Assembly: GCA_016748015.1 (NCBI GenBank)
Contig: JAAOMT010000088.1
Span: forward strand, 217,663 to 281,662
Direction: 5' to 3'
From: Geosiphon pyriformis uo1
Lineage: Eukaryota > Fungi > Glomeromycota
DNA: 64,000 nucleotides
Part shown: in pieces, positions 13,457-26,263 of the stretch
Numbering within the stretch: position 1 is the stretch's first letter
Layout of the letters: each line of letters starts with the position of its first letter
Position numbers and translations under genes: made by a program
The notes under the pieces: generated by a model
Told to the model about the DNA's origin: nothing
Database searches by the model: none
What the model saw: the letters and a program-made list of their open reading frames with translations, nothing else

Positions 13457-15014
13457 TCATAGGTCAAGGCTAGAAGGCAATTTCAGCTCACGAACGCCTG
13501 CCAAAACATTATCAACACTCATGTTTCCCATCATGGTTCGTGTTTCTATGGTGGAAGTCCCTATATGGGGAAGCACAAGCACATTTTGAAACTTCAATAA
13601 GGGATGATCAGAATCCAAAGGTTCAGGTGTTGTCACATCTAGACCGACCGACCCAATAAGACCTTCGGACAGTGCACGTACAAGGTCATCTTGTTGAACG
13701 ATACCACCACGAGCAGTATTTACAAATATCTCCAAGAACAGAATATTAATTAACCCTTTTTTTTTGTAAAAAGTGAATAATTTGGGACGTGGAAAAATTA
13801 CTTACTACGCTTTTTTTCATCTTTTTGAAAGCCTCGTAATTAAACATTTCCCTGGTTTTTTCATTGAGGGTGCAACTCACAGAAATGACGTCAGATTCGC
13901 GCAATAATGTTTCAAAATCAACTCGAAGGGCACCTAATTCTTTGGCTACGGGTTTATCACTGTTTCCAGTATAAATTATTTTACCATTTAAGCCTATAAA
14001 GGGTTGTAATCGTTGTGTAATCGCTATCCCTATCCTACCGAGCCCAACAATCCCAATGGTTTTATCGGTTAGTTGTGTTCCTAAAACATTTTATTTTAAA
14101 AACAATTAGCTAGAAATTCATCGGGTACACTAATTGGAAATGTGAAATGGGAACACTGACCTAAGGATGATGCAAAACTCCAATTATTCCATTCTCTGTT
14201 TAAAACCGCATGAATATTCTATAAAAGATGAATGAATTTAATAAAAAATTAATCGATAAGCGTCATGATTAAAGTTTCAGTTTACCTCACGTATTCGACG
14301 TGCCGCCCCCAAAATCAATATAATAGCAATATCTTATAATCGAATTCAGTATAGAAAGGGATTGGCCAAAGCAAAATTTCTCACTAGTCAAGTTTTCACT
14401 GACCTGCTGTTGCATCGGTCAAGACGCCCGGCGTAAATCCAAGCACTATTCCGCGCTTTCGAAGTTCATTGGTATCGATGTGATCATAGCCAACTGTGTT
14501 AAGATAAAAATATCATTCACTTTTAGGGAAAGAATCTAATTTTAACACATTATAAATTCAAATTCACACCTGAATGAGTCGACACGACTTTGAGCTGTGG
14601 ACCAGCTTGATCTAATAACTCGGCATCAATTTTATCCTTTGGCGCACACAATATCCCGTCAACACCTTATAAAAAAAATAAAGAATAAAATTTATAGCTT
14701 TTAGATTTCTTGAATTTATATTCTCTTATAATAACTTAATATTGCAAAAACTCACCTTTTATGATTTGTAATAACACAGTACGTGAAAAACTGCCGTTTT
14801 CTGGACGAAGTAATTCAATATCAGGAGCCGACTGTAGGCGTTCCATTGAACTCGGTAACAAATCTTTCGTTATTAAGATTTTATAACGCTTATTAGTTTC
14901 GGAGGTATTCGAAAAAGACATTGAACTTGATCTAAGAAAGATTTTATTATGTCGTAATGATGGGAAAATTAAGTTACAATATTTTGAATAAGTAGGTAAA
15001 ACCCAGCGGTGCAT
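13457..15014 (-). CDS. Glyoxylate/hydroxypyruvate reductase (D-2-hydroxyacid dehydrogenase family), copy A; 7 exons, 31-aa N-terminal extension
   Basis: Spliced product has [24 protein letters not shown], the Rossmann motif [24 protein letters not shown] and LPHIG. All introns are GT-AG. The second ATG at 14921 matches the copy-B start. Confidence 0.93.
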
Positions 15015-15509
15015 TGAATTTCGCAGAGTGAATGGAAATTATAAATGTTTAATTAAGCATTACAATATCCATCTTTGATTGATGATCCAACTAGATTAGT
15101 TTCGTTTTGACGGGATTTCCCGATGAAGTTTCATTAAATATGCGAGTTAAATAGGTTTAATGTGAAACATCATTTTGTAGATAGAAAAAGAAAAGTTTAG
15201 CACGCCAATCCCTTATATCCTCAGTCTTCACGAAGAAACTTAAAATTTTGAACCTCTTTAATCTTTTAGGATTGCTGCTCATAAAAATAAATGTGAAAAT
15301 TATCATCGTCACTCTTTGGTTAATTCCGGCATATAAGTACTCAACAGCCTTCTTTTAAATTTTATATATTTTTTCACTTGTATTGGGAAAAATTCCACCT
15401 GAGATGTTTCTTTGAAATGAGATTTCTTATAAATATATAGACAAATATATATTAGAACAAATTAAGATTTGGATTATAAGAAATTAATACATTTAAAATT
15501 TGGTTCAAG

Positions 15510-17300
15510 TAGTTTTATACTCAAAAAATTATATTTAAGATTTTTTGTAACCTAAAATTAAATAAAAAGAATTTAAACTGAGTTTTTGGCATATAAAAAA
15601 GATTAAATAAGAAAACTTATACAAAATTGGTAAATACTTATAATAAAAATAAAGACAAACTGCAAGGTTTTACAGAATAACTAAACTAAAAAAACTAAGA
15701 CAAAGACTACTAAAAAATTAAAAAACAGGAAATAAATATATAAAAAGTTTTATTAGCAACAAAAAATGTATAAGGGAAAATGTTTTAAAATACATTTTTG
15801 TAAACAAAAGTGTAATATTATAATTAACAACCAAGTGGTTTTAAATAATGTGTTTTGAAACAAAATTTTCGAGGATTAATTTATGTAATATATATTGGCT
15901 GAAAAAACATATATTAAGTTAATTATAATTAATAAGAAATTAAAAATTAATTGGATTAAGATCAAAATCATTTTTGAATTAATAAAAATAATAAAACAAA
16001 CAAATCAAATAGTTATAAATAATAAAAATTAAACAGAAATAATTATAATATAATATTTAAATAAATATTTAAATACAAATACAGCAAGTAAACAAACGAA
16101 ATTTAAATATGCACATCATAACAATCTTGCATAATATGCTGTTAGTTAATTAAAAAAATTGTATAACAGAAATTACTTTATTATTGTATGTATTAAATAT
16201 AATAAATTAGGCTTTTAAATTACATATTTGTGTATATATTTTAATGTTAATATAACAAATAAATATTACAATCTTTAAAAACTAGTTGTTAAAGTTTTTT
16301 GTAAAAATTCAATAATTTTTAACAGTTAAAAAATCTGAAATTTGAATACACTAATATTAGTAATAATAATAAAAAATATATTTTTGGCAAAAAAGTTTGT
16401 GTTTAAGAAATAATATATAAAATATTAAAGCTGATTTTTAATCATGTATTTGAAAATTATTAGCCAGATTAAAAACTGAAATAAATTAATCATTAATAAA
16501 AAATTGACATTTATAAAACAGCATTAATTTAAAATTTAAGAAATGTGGTATTTTTTTAGATCACTTAAAATTTATGATGTTAAATATTCTAGAAAAAATA
16601 AATCAAGATTTTATAGACATGTGTTTTAGTTTAGCTTTTTTTTTGCTGAATAATATAAGTTGATAAGCTTAAATAGCTAATTATATATAAAAAATACATA
16701 AATTGCATCTATTTTAAAACATATGTATGTTTTATGTATATAAATAGCAGTTGAATTACACTCAATTAAGCATTTAAAGCTTGAATTTAGCCAATTGATT
16801 ATAGTTCTTAACAGTAAATAATTTGATATACAATAAGATATTATTGCTGTTTGTAATACAACATTTAATAAATTATAGTTTTTTTATTTTTGAATATAAT
16901 TCAGATTTCTTTTAAACAACTTTTCTTGTTAATATTTTAATATATTATTTAGACAATTGGCATATTTATTTGTTAAATGTGCTTTAATTCTATTTGGTTT
17001 ACTATAACCACTTATTTTTCAATAACTACAAGCAGTCTTAAAATATCCATTGATTTTTTTAACAAAGTAATCTCTTACTTTAGAAAATTGTTAAGGTTTG
17101 CTTTGCTGCTTAATGCATTTTTTTGGCTTTTGAAGTGTGTAGTTGTTCAAATTTGTGAATTGTACTAGTAATAGTTGTTTTTGCAATTTTTTTGGATTTT
17201 TCTTCTGTTTCTAAATTAAATTTTTTTATTTTTTCCTAGAAAGATCTCATGCCTTTTCCTTGAACTTTCTTCTTTTATTGTCATAAGCTGAAAAAATATA
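15510..17300. repeat. AT-rich degenerate TE-relic block
   Basis: Very low GC, near-absence of CG, only broken frames. Boundaries approximate. Confidence 0.6.
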
Positions 17301-18601
17301 ATCTTTACTATAATTATTATCACTAAACCATATATATTGCTATATAAAAAACGTCATTATCTATGGTTTACGGAAATTTTACGCTTACGTCAAAAGTTAC
17401 ATGATAAGGATAACTACCTTAGTCATAAGAAATATCTGCCTTATAATAAAATATATACACTGTTATTTCTCATTTAAATTATTTACAAATGGCGTTAAAT
17501 TCGTAATTATATATTGCAAGTCAATATAATGGTTTCAATTAAACCAGTTTTTTTATTGCTCTATATTTGTCTTTTTGAATAAGATTTTGCTTTTTAATCT
17601 GAAATTATTTATTTCTAATGATTTGTTTCCATTTTGAGATTTGTATGCCTTAGCTTATTCGTGTAACATGTAAATTCTCACTTAACTATAAATAAGAAGT
17701 AAAAAAAACATTCATTACTTTTGAAACGTTGTTTCTTTGGGATAGATGTCAAATTTTGAAGTTGTACTGCCAACCAATAATAAAATAGAAGGTTTTGAAG
17801 GCCTAAAATAATTTTTTTTCCTTGCGAGCAGTCATACTTCAAATTTGCTTTACTAATTTTTATTTCTCAATTAGAAATAAGTCAATATAAAACTTACATT
17901 TTTTTGGATAATAGTCAACTTAGTAAAATGAGCTTAATTGGTTTTTGTGTGTCTTGAACAACCTCAACCTGGATATCGCAGAAGAATCAATGAGTTTTTC
18001 TCTCAACGAACCAGTATATTAATTCGTAATGATAAATAATTTTTACTTTCTCAAATGCGTAACAAATTAGCCTTTCTTGAGAATTGAACTTAAAGTTTAA
18101 GGTTCATTATGAACTTGAATTAAAGACTTAGTATTTAAATCCTAAGTAAAAGTATTATTATTTGAAAGTAGATGAAATATATTTCTTGAAAAGGAAACTA
18201 ATTATGCTTTCATTGCGAGATTATTGGTGCGTTTTAAAGATTGCTCCATTAATAAAAAGTTTGCACCCACTTTGATGAACGAGTAACAATTCGCTTAAAA
18301 GTTTTAGGTAAGCTCCCAATTTAGATCTTAAAAAACATGAATTCGTGTAACTTATCAAAAAAATTACATTGGACAACATTAAAGTTTAAAACTATATGCT
18401 ATAATTCTCCCGTCATACCAGCTACTTAATTGACATGTATTTGATAAGTTACCCCAATAATATTATAAATCTTCAAAGTTTAACTTATATTTCACAAGCT
18501 GCTTGTATCTCAAATACCCAAATGATAAAAAGAGTAACTTTTAGATTTCAATTAATCTTTAAGAATTTTAGGAGTTTCAAGTTTTGACAAGAACAAAAGA
18601 T

Positions 18602-19858
18602 ATGGGCAATACTATTTCTAAACGGAATCGATCGAAAAAGGCAAAATATGCTGAGAATAAAAGTGAGGAATTATTTGAACCACAGCCAATCTCGTCTAAT
18701 GATTCAACTGTTCGATACTCAGGTGGACGTCGATATTTTTATGAGCAAAACAGTCTTTCATTATTGGTAATTTTTTTTAATTGATCTTGTTGAAAATCTT
18801 ATAAGCTGCCCTAAACTTTGTGACTAAATCTAAGCTGATAAATACAGCCAAATGATGAAAGAGAGATTAAAAGAATTTACAATACGCATTATTGCCTGAA
18901 AGAAATATTTCAAACTAATTTTACAGCACCTGTAAAGCAACAACTGCATAATGGTTGTCAGGTTCTCGAATTTGGGTATTTATATTTTGTGATTTTGGGT
19001 TAATTTCTAGTTTGTGAAAATGAAACTCATTTATTCATTTTATAAAGATGTGGCCAAGGGATATGGTCATTAGACATGGCTCAGGAATTTCCACAATCAA
19101 AGTTTATTGGTGTTGATGCAGACAATATTTTCAAAAAAAATGAATTTGAAAATATTAAATTTGTACAAGCTAATATATTTGATGGGCTTCCATTTGAAGA
19201 CGACACATTCGATTTTGTCTCAATGAGAAGATTGCTTTCATGTTTTACGATGAAGCAATTAGAAACAATTATACTAAGAGAGATTGCACGAGTTATCAAG
19301 CCAGGTGGATGGCTTGATTGGACTGAATATGGATTCAATATGCAAAATTCTGGAGAAGTAACAGAAAAAGTGATCAAAGGCAGTGAGTATTATTCTTTGC
19401 CATAAATAATATTGTTAATCTCAAGAAAGAGTTTCAGCCACTAAATTGCATTTTGAAAATAGTGTGCAATATGATGTGTGCCCATGCGATAAATCCACAT
19501 TTACCATTGATGCTTCCGAAAGTACTTACTTATCAAGCATTGTGGAAAAATATCATAGACCATCAAAGGCTTGTTGTTTTAGGCTCTCAAGGAGGAGAAA
19601 TGGGTAGAAAGGTATAAAATATTAATTTATGCTTTCCCAGTATTGTAGCTTATCAAAATACTCACAATGAAAATTTTCAATTCTTCACAGATTCTCGAGA
19701 ATAGCGTTGAAGGATTATATAGTTACAAAAAAGTTTATCTAGAATTCACAAGCCAAGATTCTGAAGAGTTTGACAAAGACCTTGAAACATTTTTCGAAGA
19801 AGTCGAGAGATTTGGAACTATGAACGAGTGGCACCGATGTTGCGCACAGAAAATATAG
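18602..19858 (+). CDS. Class I SAM-dependent methyltransferase (fungal LaeA-like/Methyltransf_25-type), 5 exons, 314 aa
   Basis: Exons 18602-18766, 18848-18975, 19048-19382, 19463-19611 and 19691-19858 join in frame (945 nt). Motifs: LPNDEREIKR, VLEFGCGQGIWSLDMA (motif I), FIGVD, GLPFEDDTFDFV, EIARVIKPGGW. Starts MGNTISK. Confidence 0.92.
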
Positions 19859-22699
19859 AAAAACTTGTGTCATGATAATACATGTAGTTTGTCTTGCATT
19901 AAATATAATTGTTTATTAATAGATCTACAAATTTTAAAAATGAACCCTACCCTATATATTGATTCTAAAGAAATGGACTCTTGGATTCTTTATAGCAAAA
20001 CCCCATTTATTGTTCAAACTGGGGCGGCTGAGTTCAATAGTTTTAACGAAGATGAAAGGATTTTTTTATGTAACGTGTATTTGAGTCATTCAATAAAAAG
20101 ATTTCAAGTGGGTAATAGCCGATCACCTAAAAACCAATCCTTTTCGAGAGCTATGCATTTTCCGCATTGTAACCCAAATAAGCAAACAAGAAAGTCTAGG
20201 GATACGATTACAACTAAATATCTTTCATCTTTCCCTCCATTTTGATAGATATACACAAAAACCTCGGGTAATTTAAGGTATATCTTCAATGGATAAACGT
20301 GCTCAGATTTCTCCTTTGAGGAATTTAAAATAATAAGATACTAAGTAAGAAGAATGATTTTTATCAAGGGTTGGTTTTATCTAACTGTTGCATAAATAAT
20401 CAGCTCAAGATTTGTTGACAAAATTTGTATTTCTTTTCACATTGTAATACAATTTTTTGATTGATTAAAAGGGTCTTGACATAAAAAAGTAGAAATAAAC
20501 AGTTTCAAAGGCAATAGCTAAAAAATTTGAAATCAGGTTTTTTTGTCTCATATTATCTTTTGGTTTAGCTTTTTTTAGTTATTTGTTGCAATAAATTTGA
20601 ATTTAATCAATTTAATGTTTTAAATTTTAAAAATTAAAATTAAAAAACAAGATATAAATAATATTTTCTTAACAAAATTTATTTTGTTGTAAAAGTTTAT
20701 ATTGATGGGGATTATTTTATATATTTTTTGTATTAAAATTTATTTATATCTACTTTTTTAGTGATGGTTTGTTAAATGTATTCATGTATTATTATTTTGC
20801 TTGATGTTCTTAATTTATTATTGTTAAAAGATATACAAAAGTAAAGAAATTGTTATTTTAAGAGTTGACAAATAAAAAATAAATAAAATAAAATAGATAT
20901 TTATTTTATATTGGAGATTTCCATTTTCTTTTATCACAAACCAAGGTTTTTGAACATTAGATTGTGATTAATTTCTTATTAATTTGTGTCAATTATTTTT
21001 TTCGCTTTAAAGATGTTTCAGAATATGGTTTTAATTATTATTAAAACCTAATTTTACAGTCATTGAACAAATAAAAAGTTTGTAAACTTTACTTTAATGA
21101 GTTTTTAGGGTGAAATTTGTATTTCTAAAAATGCAATTTCAAAAGTTGTTTTTTATTGTTTTTCAAAAGTAAGATTCTATTTTTATTCTGCATATTGATA
21201 GCTAAAAACAACGGAAGAAGGATAAAAATATTTTTTTCGAAATATCTTTTTGAATTGGGATCACCTATAGCACTATCAACAAAGGGTTTGCCAATAATTT
21301 TCATTTAGATTTCTCAATCTTAAAATTATAATTTTAAGAAAGAGAAAGGATATTTGAAGGAGACCTAATTATAATATTTCCACAATTAAAGTGGGAAAGG
21401 CAATTCGTAGCAACTTCCCATCGTTTCATTCAAGTATAGTCCATTATGTGCAGCAAACAACCTCATTTCCCTCACGTCAATACACATCTAAATGCCAATG
21501 TGTAACAAAGTTCTTTTCAGAAATACCAACTTCACTGGTTTCAAGTGGACAGTTGCACACAACTTAAATCCAATATTGAGGCACAGTATGCAAGCACGGA
21601 CCAAAAACGGGCATACCCGGACAAGATCTGTGGAATGTGTGGATCGAGAAATTTCAATGTACTTATTGGCAATAAATTTTTCATCTTTCAGAATAAGTTA
21701 CCTTGGTCCTGTGCCATTATGAGCGTCAACCTCAATATATATAAAAAATAGTTCCATTTGGTCAAACACGTATCGGTGATAAAGAATTCGCACGTTATAA
21801 CGGATAAATATTTTAGAGAACTCTGAAAGATTATCATAGTATAATTTGCTCCCATCTTCAATACCAACGAATCTTTGAATTTCCATTAAATCTCGAATTA
21901 AACAAGAAATTTATCTTAAGCGTCCAAAAATTTCTCGAGGAACTGGAAATTCATTCAGATAATCAAAGCTATCGAGCTTTGACGCTTATTATTAACTCGT
22001 TATATGCGACCTTAATTCCTACTATGTACACAATAGAAATTAAAATCGTTGTTATTATTGCTTGAGAAATATATTAAAGTTCGAGAGTTATACCAGAGAT
22101 GTCATGTGAAGCCTTGTTTTCTTCGGTGAAACAATTTGTTTGCATCGCATAGACTGCATATATTTAAATTGCTTCAAGAAACTTTTGTCCATTATGGGAA
22201 TTCCAAATGGTGCAGGTGAGTCATGGAATTTCTAATTTCAGATGGAAGCCGTTTTGTTTGGACGACTTTTCATGAATTAATTTTTTTAATCAAGAGAAAA
22301 GCCATCAAGACTATTATAGTTAGAGAACTTCTCTCCAATGCTAAATTCTATAATATTCTTTGTGCAATTGCCATGGTATTTCTTGTTTTGTATTTCTGGT
22401 GTATAAAACATATGCAACTTTTACATTGAAATAATGCAAGGCAATTAGATAGAAGAGTTCATATAATATCAAACTAAAGAGCTATATTCACCCGGGTTTT
22501 GTTTGCAAGAAGGTTTTCGTAAATAATAACTCATATTTTTTTCTTAAAATTAGCTGGTAACATTCACAAAAGTTTCTCTTGAGACTGAAGTTTCGTTACA
22601 TCCTATTAGAAGTAGAAAAATGAACTTCTACTTTTTTGATAAGCTTAACGTGTAAGATACATAAAAATCAAGATGACAAGCATTTTCCAGAAAATTTAA

Positions 22700-24450
22700 A
22701 AAACTCTTAAAATTAATTTTGAGAAATAACTGTTTTGAGATAAAATGATGTAATTAAACTACAATATTTGAACAATTTATTATTATTTAAACATCATCTG
22801 TAAATTAACAATGAGAGCTTAATTTTTTACAATTAATTATACTGGAAATAATTATTAATCAATCTTACTTATGTCTTATTAAAATAATTTCAATAAATAT
22901 TCCGAAAATGAAAATAAAATACCAATATTACTAATGTATTTAGATAAATATATTAAAACTTTTGATAAATATTATTTGAAATAAACCAAAAAATTTAATA
23001 TACAAAAATTATTTATTTAAATGAATAAAAAAGTCAAAGCCCTTATAATTTCTTTTTCAAATGCTTTAACAGAGTGAGACTTAACCACTATCTAATTACA
23101 TGCTTTTTCTGCAATTTATTTATTTTACATAATTTTTAGAATAACAATTTTTTTTTACCAAATGATTAATTATCAATTTTATCATACATTTATTTCCCAT
23201 TTTCAAGAAAATTAAATATATTTTAAAAATATAAATTTTGAATCAAAAAAGGCAGATATAATATAGATAAAAAATTTAAAAATTAATTTTTGCTTAAAAA
23301 ATTCATTTTAAATAAATAAATAAACAAATTATTATACATATTTTATTTGATATTTTGTGATTTAAAAGCTGATAGGTTTACTTAACAACAAATACTAGTG
23401 AGCAAAAATGACCAAAAAACCATAGAGGAACCAAAAAATCTAATAAGATAAAAAATAATATAAGTGAACATTGTGTCAGAATTGATTACAAAGAACAAAC
23501 AAAATACATGTTAATAATTTCAAAAAAACATTATGATATTTGTTAACATGCTATAATAAAATTTAAATAAATTATTATTTATATATAATTATGATAAAAA
23601 AAAAAAAAAAGTTATTTTAAATAAAAATTTTAAAATATACAAAAAAAATAATAATTACCACTTTTTTTTTCTATATATATTTTTATTTTTAAATTCTTTC
23701 ATATTATCTGATAATATTTTATTATTAAGATTTTCATTTTATTTAATAAATTAAAAAGTGTTTATCAAAAATTGATAATACATATTTTTTAATCTATTAA
23801 CCAAATTTATAAATGTATTATTCAAAATGAATACATAATTAAATTAAAGATATAAAAATAAATATAACAAAAAATCAATCATACAAGTAAATTCAAGGAA
23901 CCCAATCATAACTTTTAATAATTTATAAATTCAAAAATTTTAAAATATTTTATATATTAATTCAATTCTAAAATAGTGAAAATAAAATACTGCATAAACA
24001 TTTATAAATATAGTATAAAATTTATATGATTAAAAATCTATTAATATGTCAGAATTTAATGATAATTATAAATAATTTTAAAAAAATATTTTGAATTCAA
24101 ATTTACAAGTAAATATATGGCTATTATAACAAAATATAATTAAGTAATTAAGATGAAAATTAAAAGCGTTTTAATAATCTCAAGTAAATTATTATTTTTC
24201 AAAATCATTGAAGATTGACTTTTATTGGTTCTTTTTACAAATAAAATGACATGTATAATTAAAGTATCATGTTAAATAAAAAAATTATCAAAATTGAAAA
24301 TTGAAAATTAAAAAAAAACAAAGCAACAGCCCTACTTTTAATTTGAAATTGGTTATGAGCAGTTGACTTTTATAGATTTTAACATCTCAGGCCTGAGAAA
24401 TAGTAAATTTAACAATATTAATCGATTTTTTTTAATAAAGAAATTATTTA
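22700..24450. repeat. AT-rich degenerate block
   Basis: Very low GC, CG nearly absent, no credible ORF. Boundaries approximate. Confidence 0.55.
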
Positions 24451-24781
24451 AAATCTTACGCAAAAAATTTGATTCACAGGGTATTTAAACACAAAGGAGG
24501 GGAGACCTACATCTTTGGAACGTTCGTAAATAAAGCACGATATCTAGCTATTAGAATTTCGTTTAAGATCCTTGTGAAGCCAAATATATTAACTTTCCGG
24601 ATTAGTAAACATTTTGGTAAAGTTTTTTTCAAACATCTAGGATTTTTCTTGCAAAATAAAAGCTTTAAAAAAATTTCAATCTTCTTTCTTTGCTTCATGA
24701 GTTTTCTGTAATTGTAAATATTTTATAACTTTGGATTCCAAAATACTAGAAACCTTCCAAAAATTCTTGAATAAGAACTCA

Positions 24782-25139
24782 TCACACTGATGTGTTTTCT
24801 TTTCCATCGGATCGATCCTTTTTTTCACAATAAGCATAAGGGCATAGAAAACAGGTCTGGGACACAATTTTGCATTCTTCATCGGGGTTACATTTAGGTC
24901 GGCATCGAGGAATCATTGAAGTGCAAAAAACGCAGCCTTCTTCTTCTTCTTCTACAAATAGTAAAGAAATGATAAATCTGGCGAAAAGTTGCTTAAAACT
25001 AGAAATATCAGAGTCGAATAAATTTTGCTTGGCAAAAACTTATTTTACCTTGGTCATAATAAAGCAATGAATTACTTTTTAAGAGGAGAAAACTTTTGAA
25101 AATGTATAGAAAAAGGAGATAAAGTTTTGCAAAAAACAT
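24782..25139 (-). CDS. Small secreted 8-Cys protein, 86 aa, Opy2-like cysteine-rich domain (2 exons; not in ORF track)
   Basis: Exon 1 25139-25049, a 97-nt GTAAAA...TTTGTAG intron, then exon 2 24951-24782. Product: MFFAKLYLLFLYIFKSFLLLKSNSLLYYDQEEEEEGCVFCTSMIPRCRPKCNPDEECKIVSQTCFLCPYAYCEKKDRSDGKENTSV*. It has a hydrophobic N-terminus, an acidic spacer and C-x2-C-x6-C-x3-C-x5-C-x6-C-x2-C-x4-C. Confidence 0.85.
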
Positions 25140-26231
25140 TTTAAAGAAATCCTTGAAAATCCTTAATTTTTGAATGAAATAGCCAATTTTTCTAACTTGG
25201 CATGTCCCTAAAATATAAACTAATTTGATTTTTTGATGATCAAACCACTGAGCTTTAATTATTAAGTCATTTTTAAATAAATTGGAGTTGATTTTATTTA
25301 AATAAATATATAAAGATTGGGATGTTCTTTTCTATACCTCCTTTATTTAAATTTAAAATAAATTTGTAATTAAGTTTGGGGAAAATTTTTTTATTTCACC
25401 CGTACAAAAGAGAAAGTTCAGGAGAAGGAGCATGGTAAAATTTTTTATCAACCGTAACCAAATTTCTATATGTATTGTAGTAGTCTAATTTATCTTAAAA
25501 AAAAAAATTTAATTGTATTTTTTGTAATATTTTTTGGCTGATAAGCTAATCAATTTAATTACTCACTCATAAAAATGATTCTGCTAAACCGTTTGCAAAT
25601 TATGGAATGTTTTTGAGTAATTAAACATAAATCTAAAAGTAATAAAAACAGGTTCAAAGGTGTAAAAATTCTTGTTAGAAAAGAATGTGAATTTTTAAAA
25701 GATATTTTATTTAAACAATTTAAGTTTTAAAAGTAAAATTCAGGATTTTCTGAAAAAGTTCTAACCTTTCAAAATATTATAACTTTTTTAAATACTTTAT
25801 GCTGCTGTTATCATTGATCTGACTTCCTTTGAGAAAACATGGATATAAAACAAATAATCATATGATACAGTAAATACAAATTTTATAAATAAAGTTTAGA
25901 AATGGATGTCGTACTTTTGGAATTGACAGTTCCCATTTTTTGTCTTAAAAGAACTATAATGTTTTGATCATACGAAAGGGACTTGGTTCTTTAGTTTTAA
26001 TACATGTAGTACCCCGATAATGGCTGAATTGTCAACATTTCAATATAAAAATTTGAACCGCAAATCTAAAACACAACTAGTAATAAATTAAGGTTTAACG
26101 AATAAAGATAATCCCTCGTGAATAATAAACAAATTTTAGGTTTTGAATAAGGGGTAATTGCATGACAATCAGCAGCGATGAAAAGTCACGACAGAATTTT
26201 TTGCCACATATGCCGCAGCAAATGGGTTATC

Positions 26232-26263
<32 letters not shown>

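Larger units (their letters stand above)
11812..15508. repeat. Left arm of a large inverted duplication (partner 36298-42955)
   Basis: Collinear reverse-complement matches: 11812-12390 to 42955-42170; 12545-12840 to 41625-41270; 13277-15120 to 38923-37055; 15218-15283 to 36959-36896; 15330-15508 to 36463-36298. Coordinates approximate. Confidence 0.9.

Noticed and set aside
13457-19858. Secondary-metabolite gene cluster (reductase plus methyltransferase)
   Set aside because: No backbone enzyme (NRPS, PKS, terpene synthase) or cluster-type transporter in the window.
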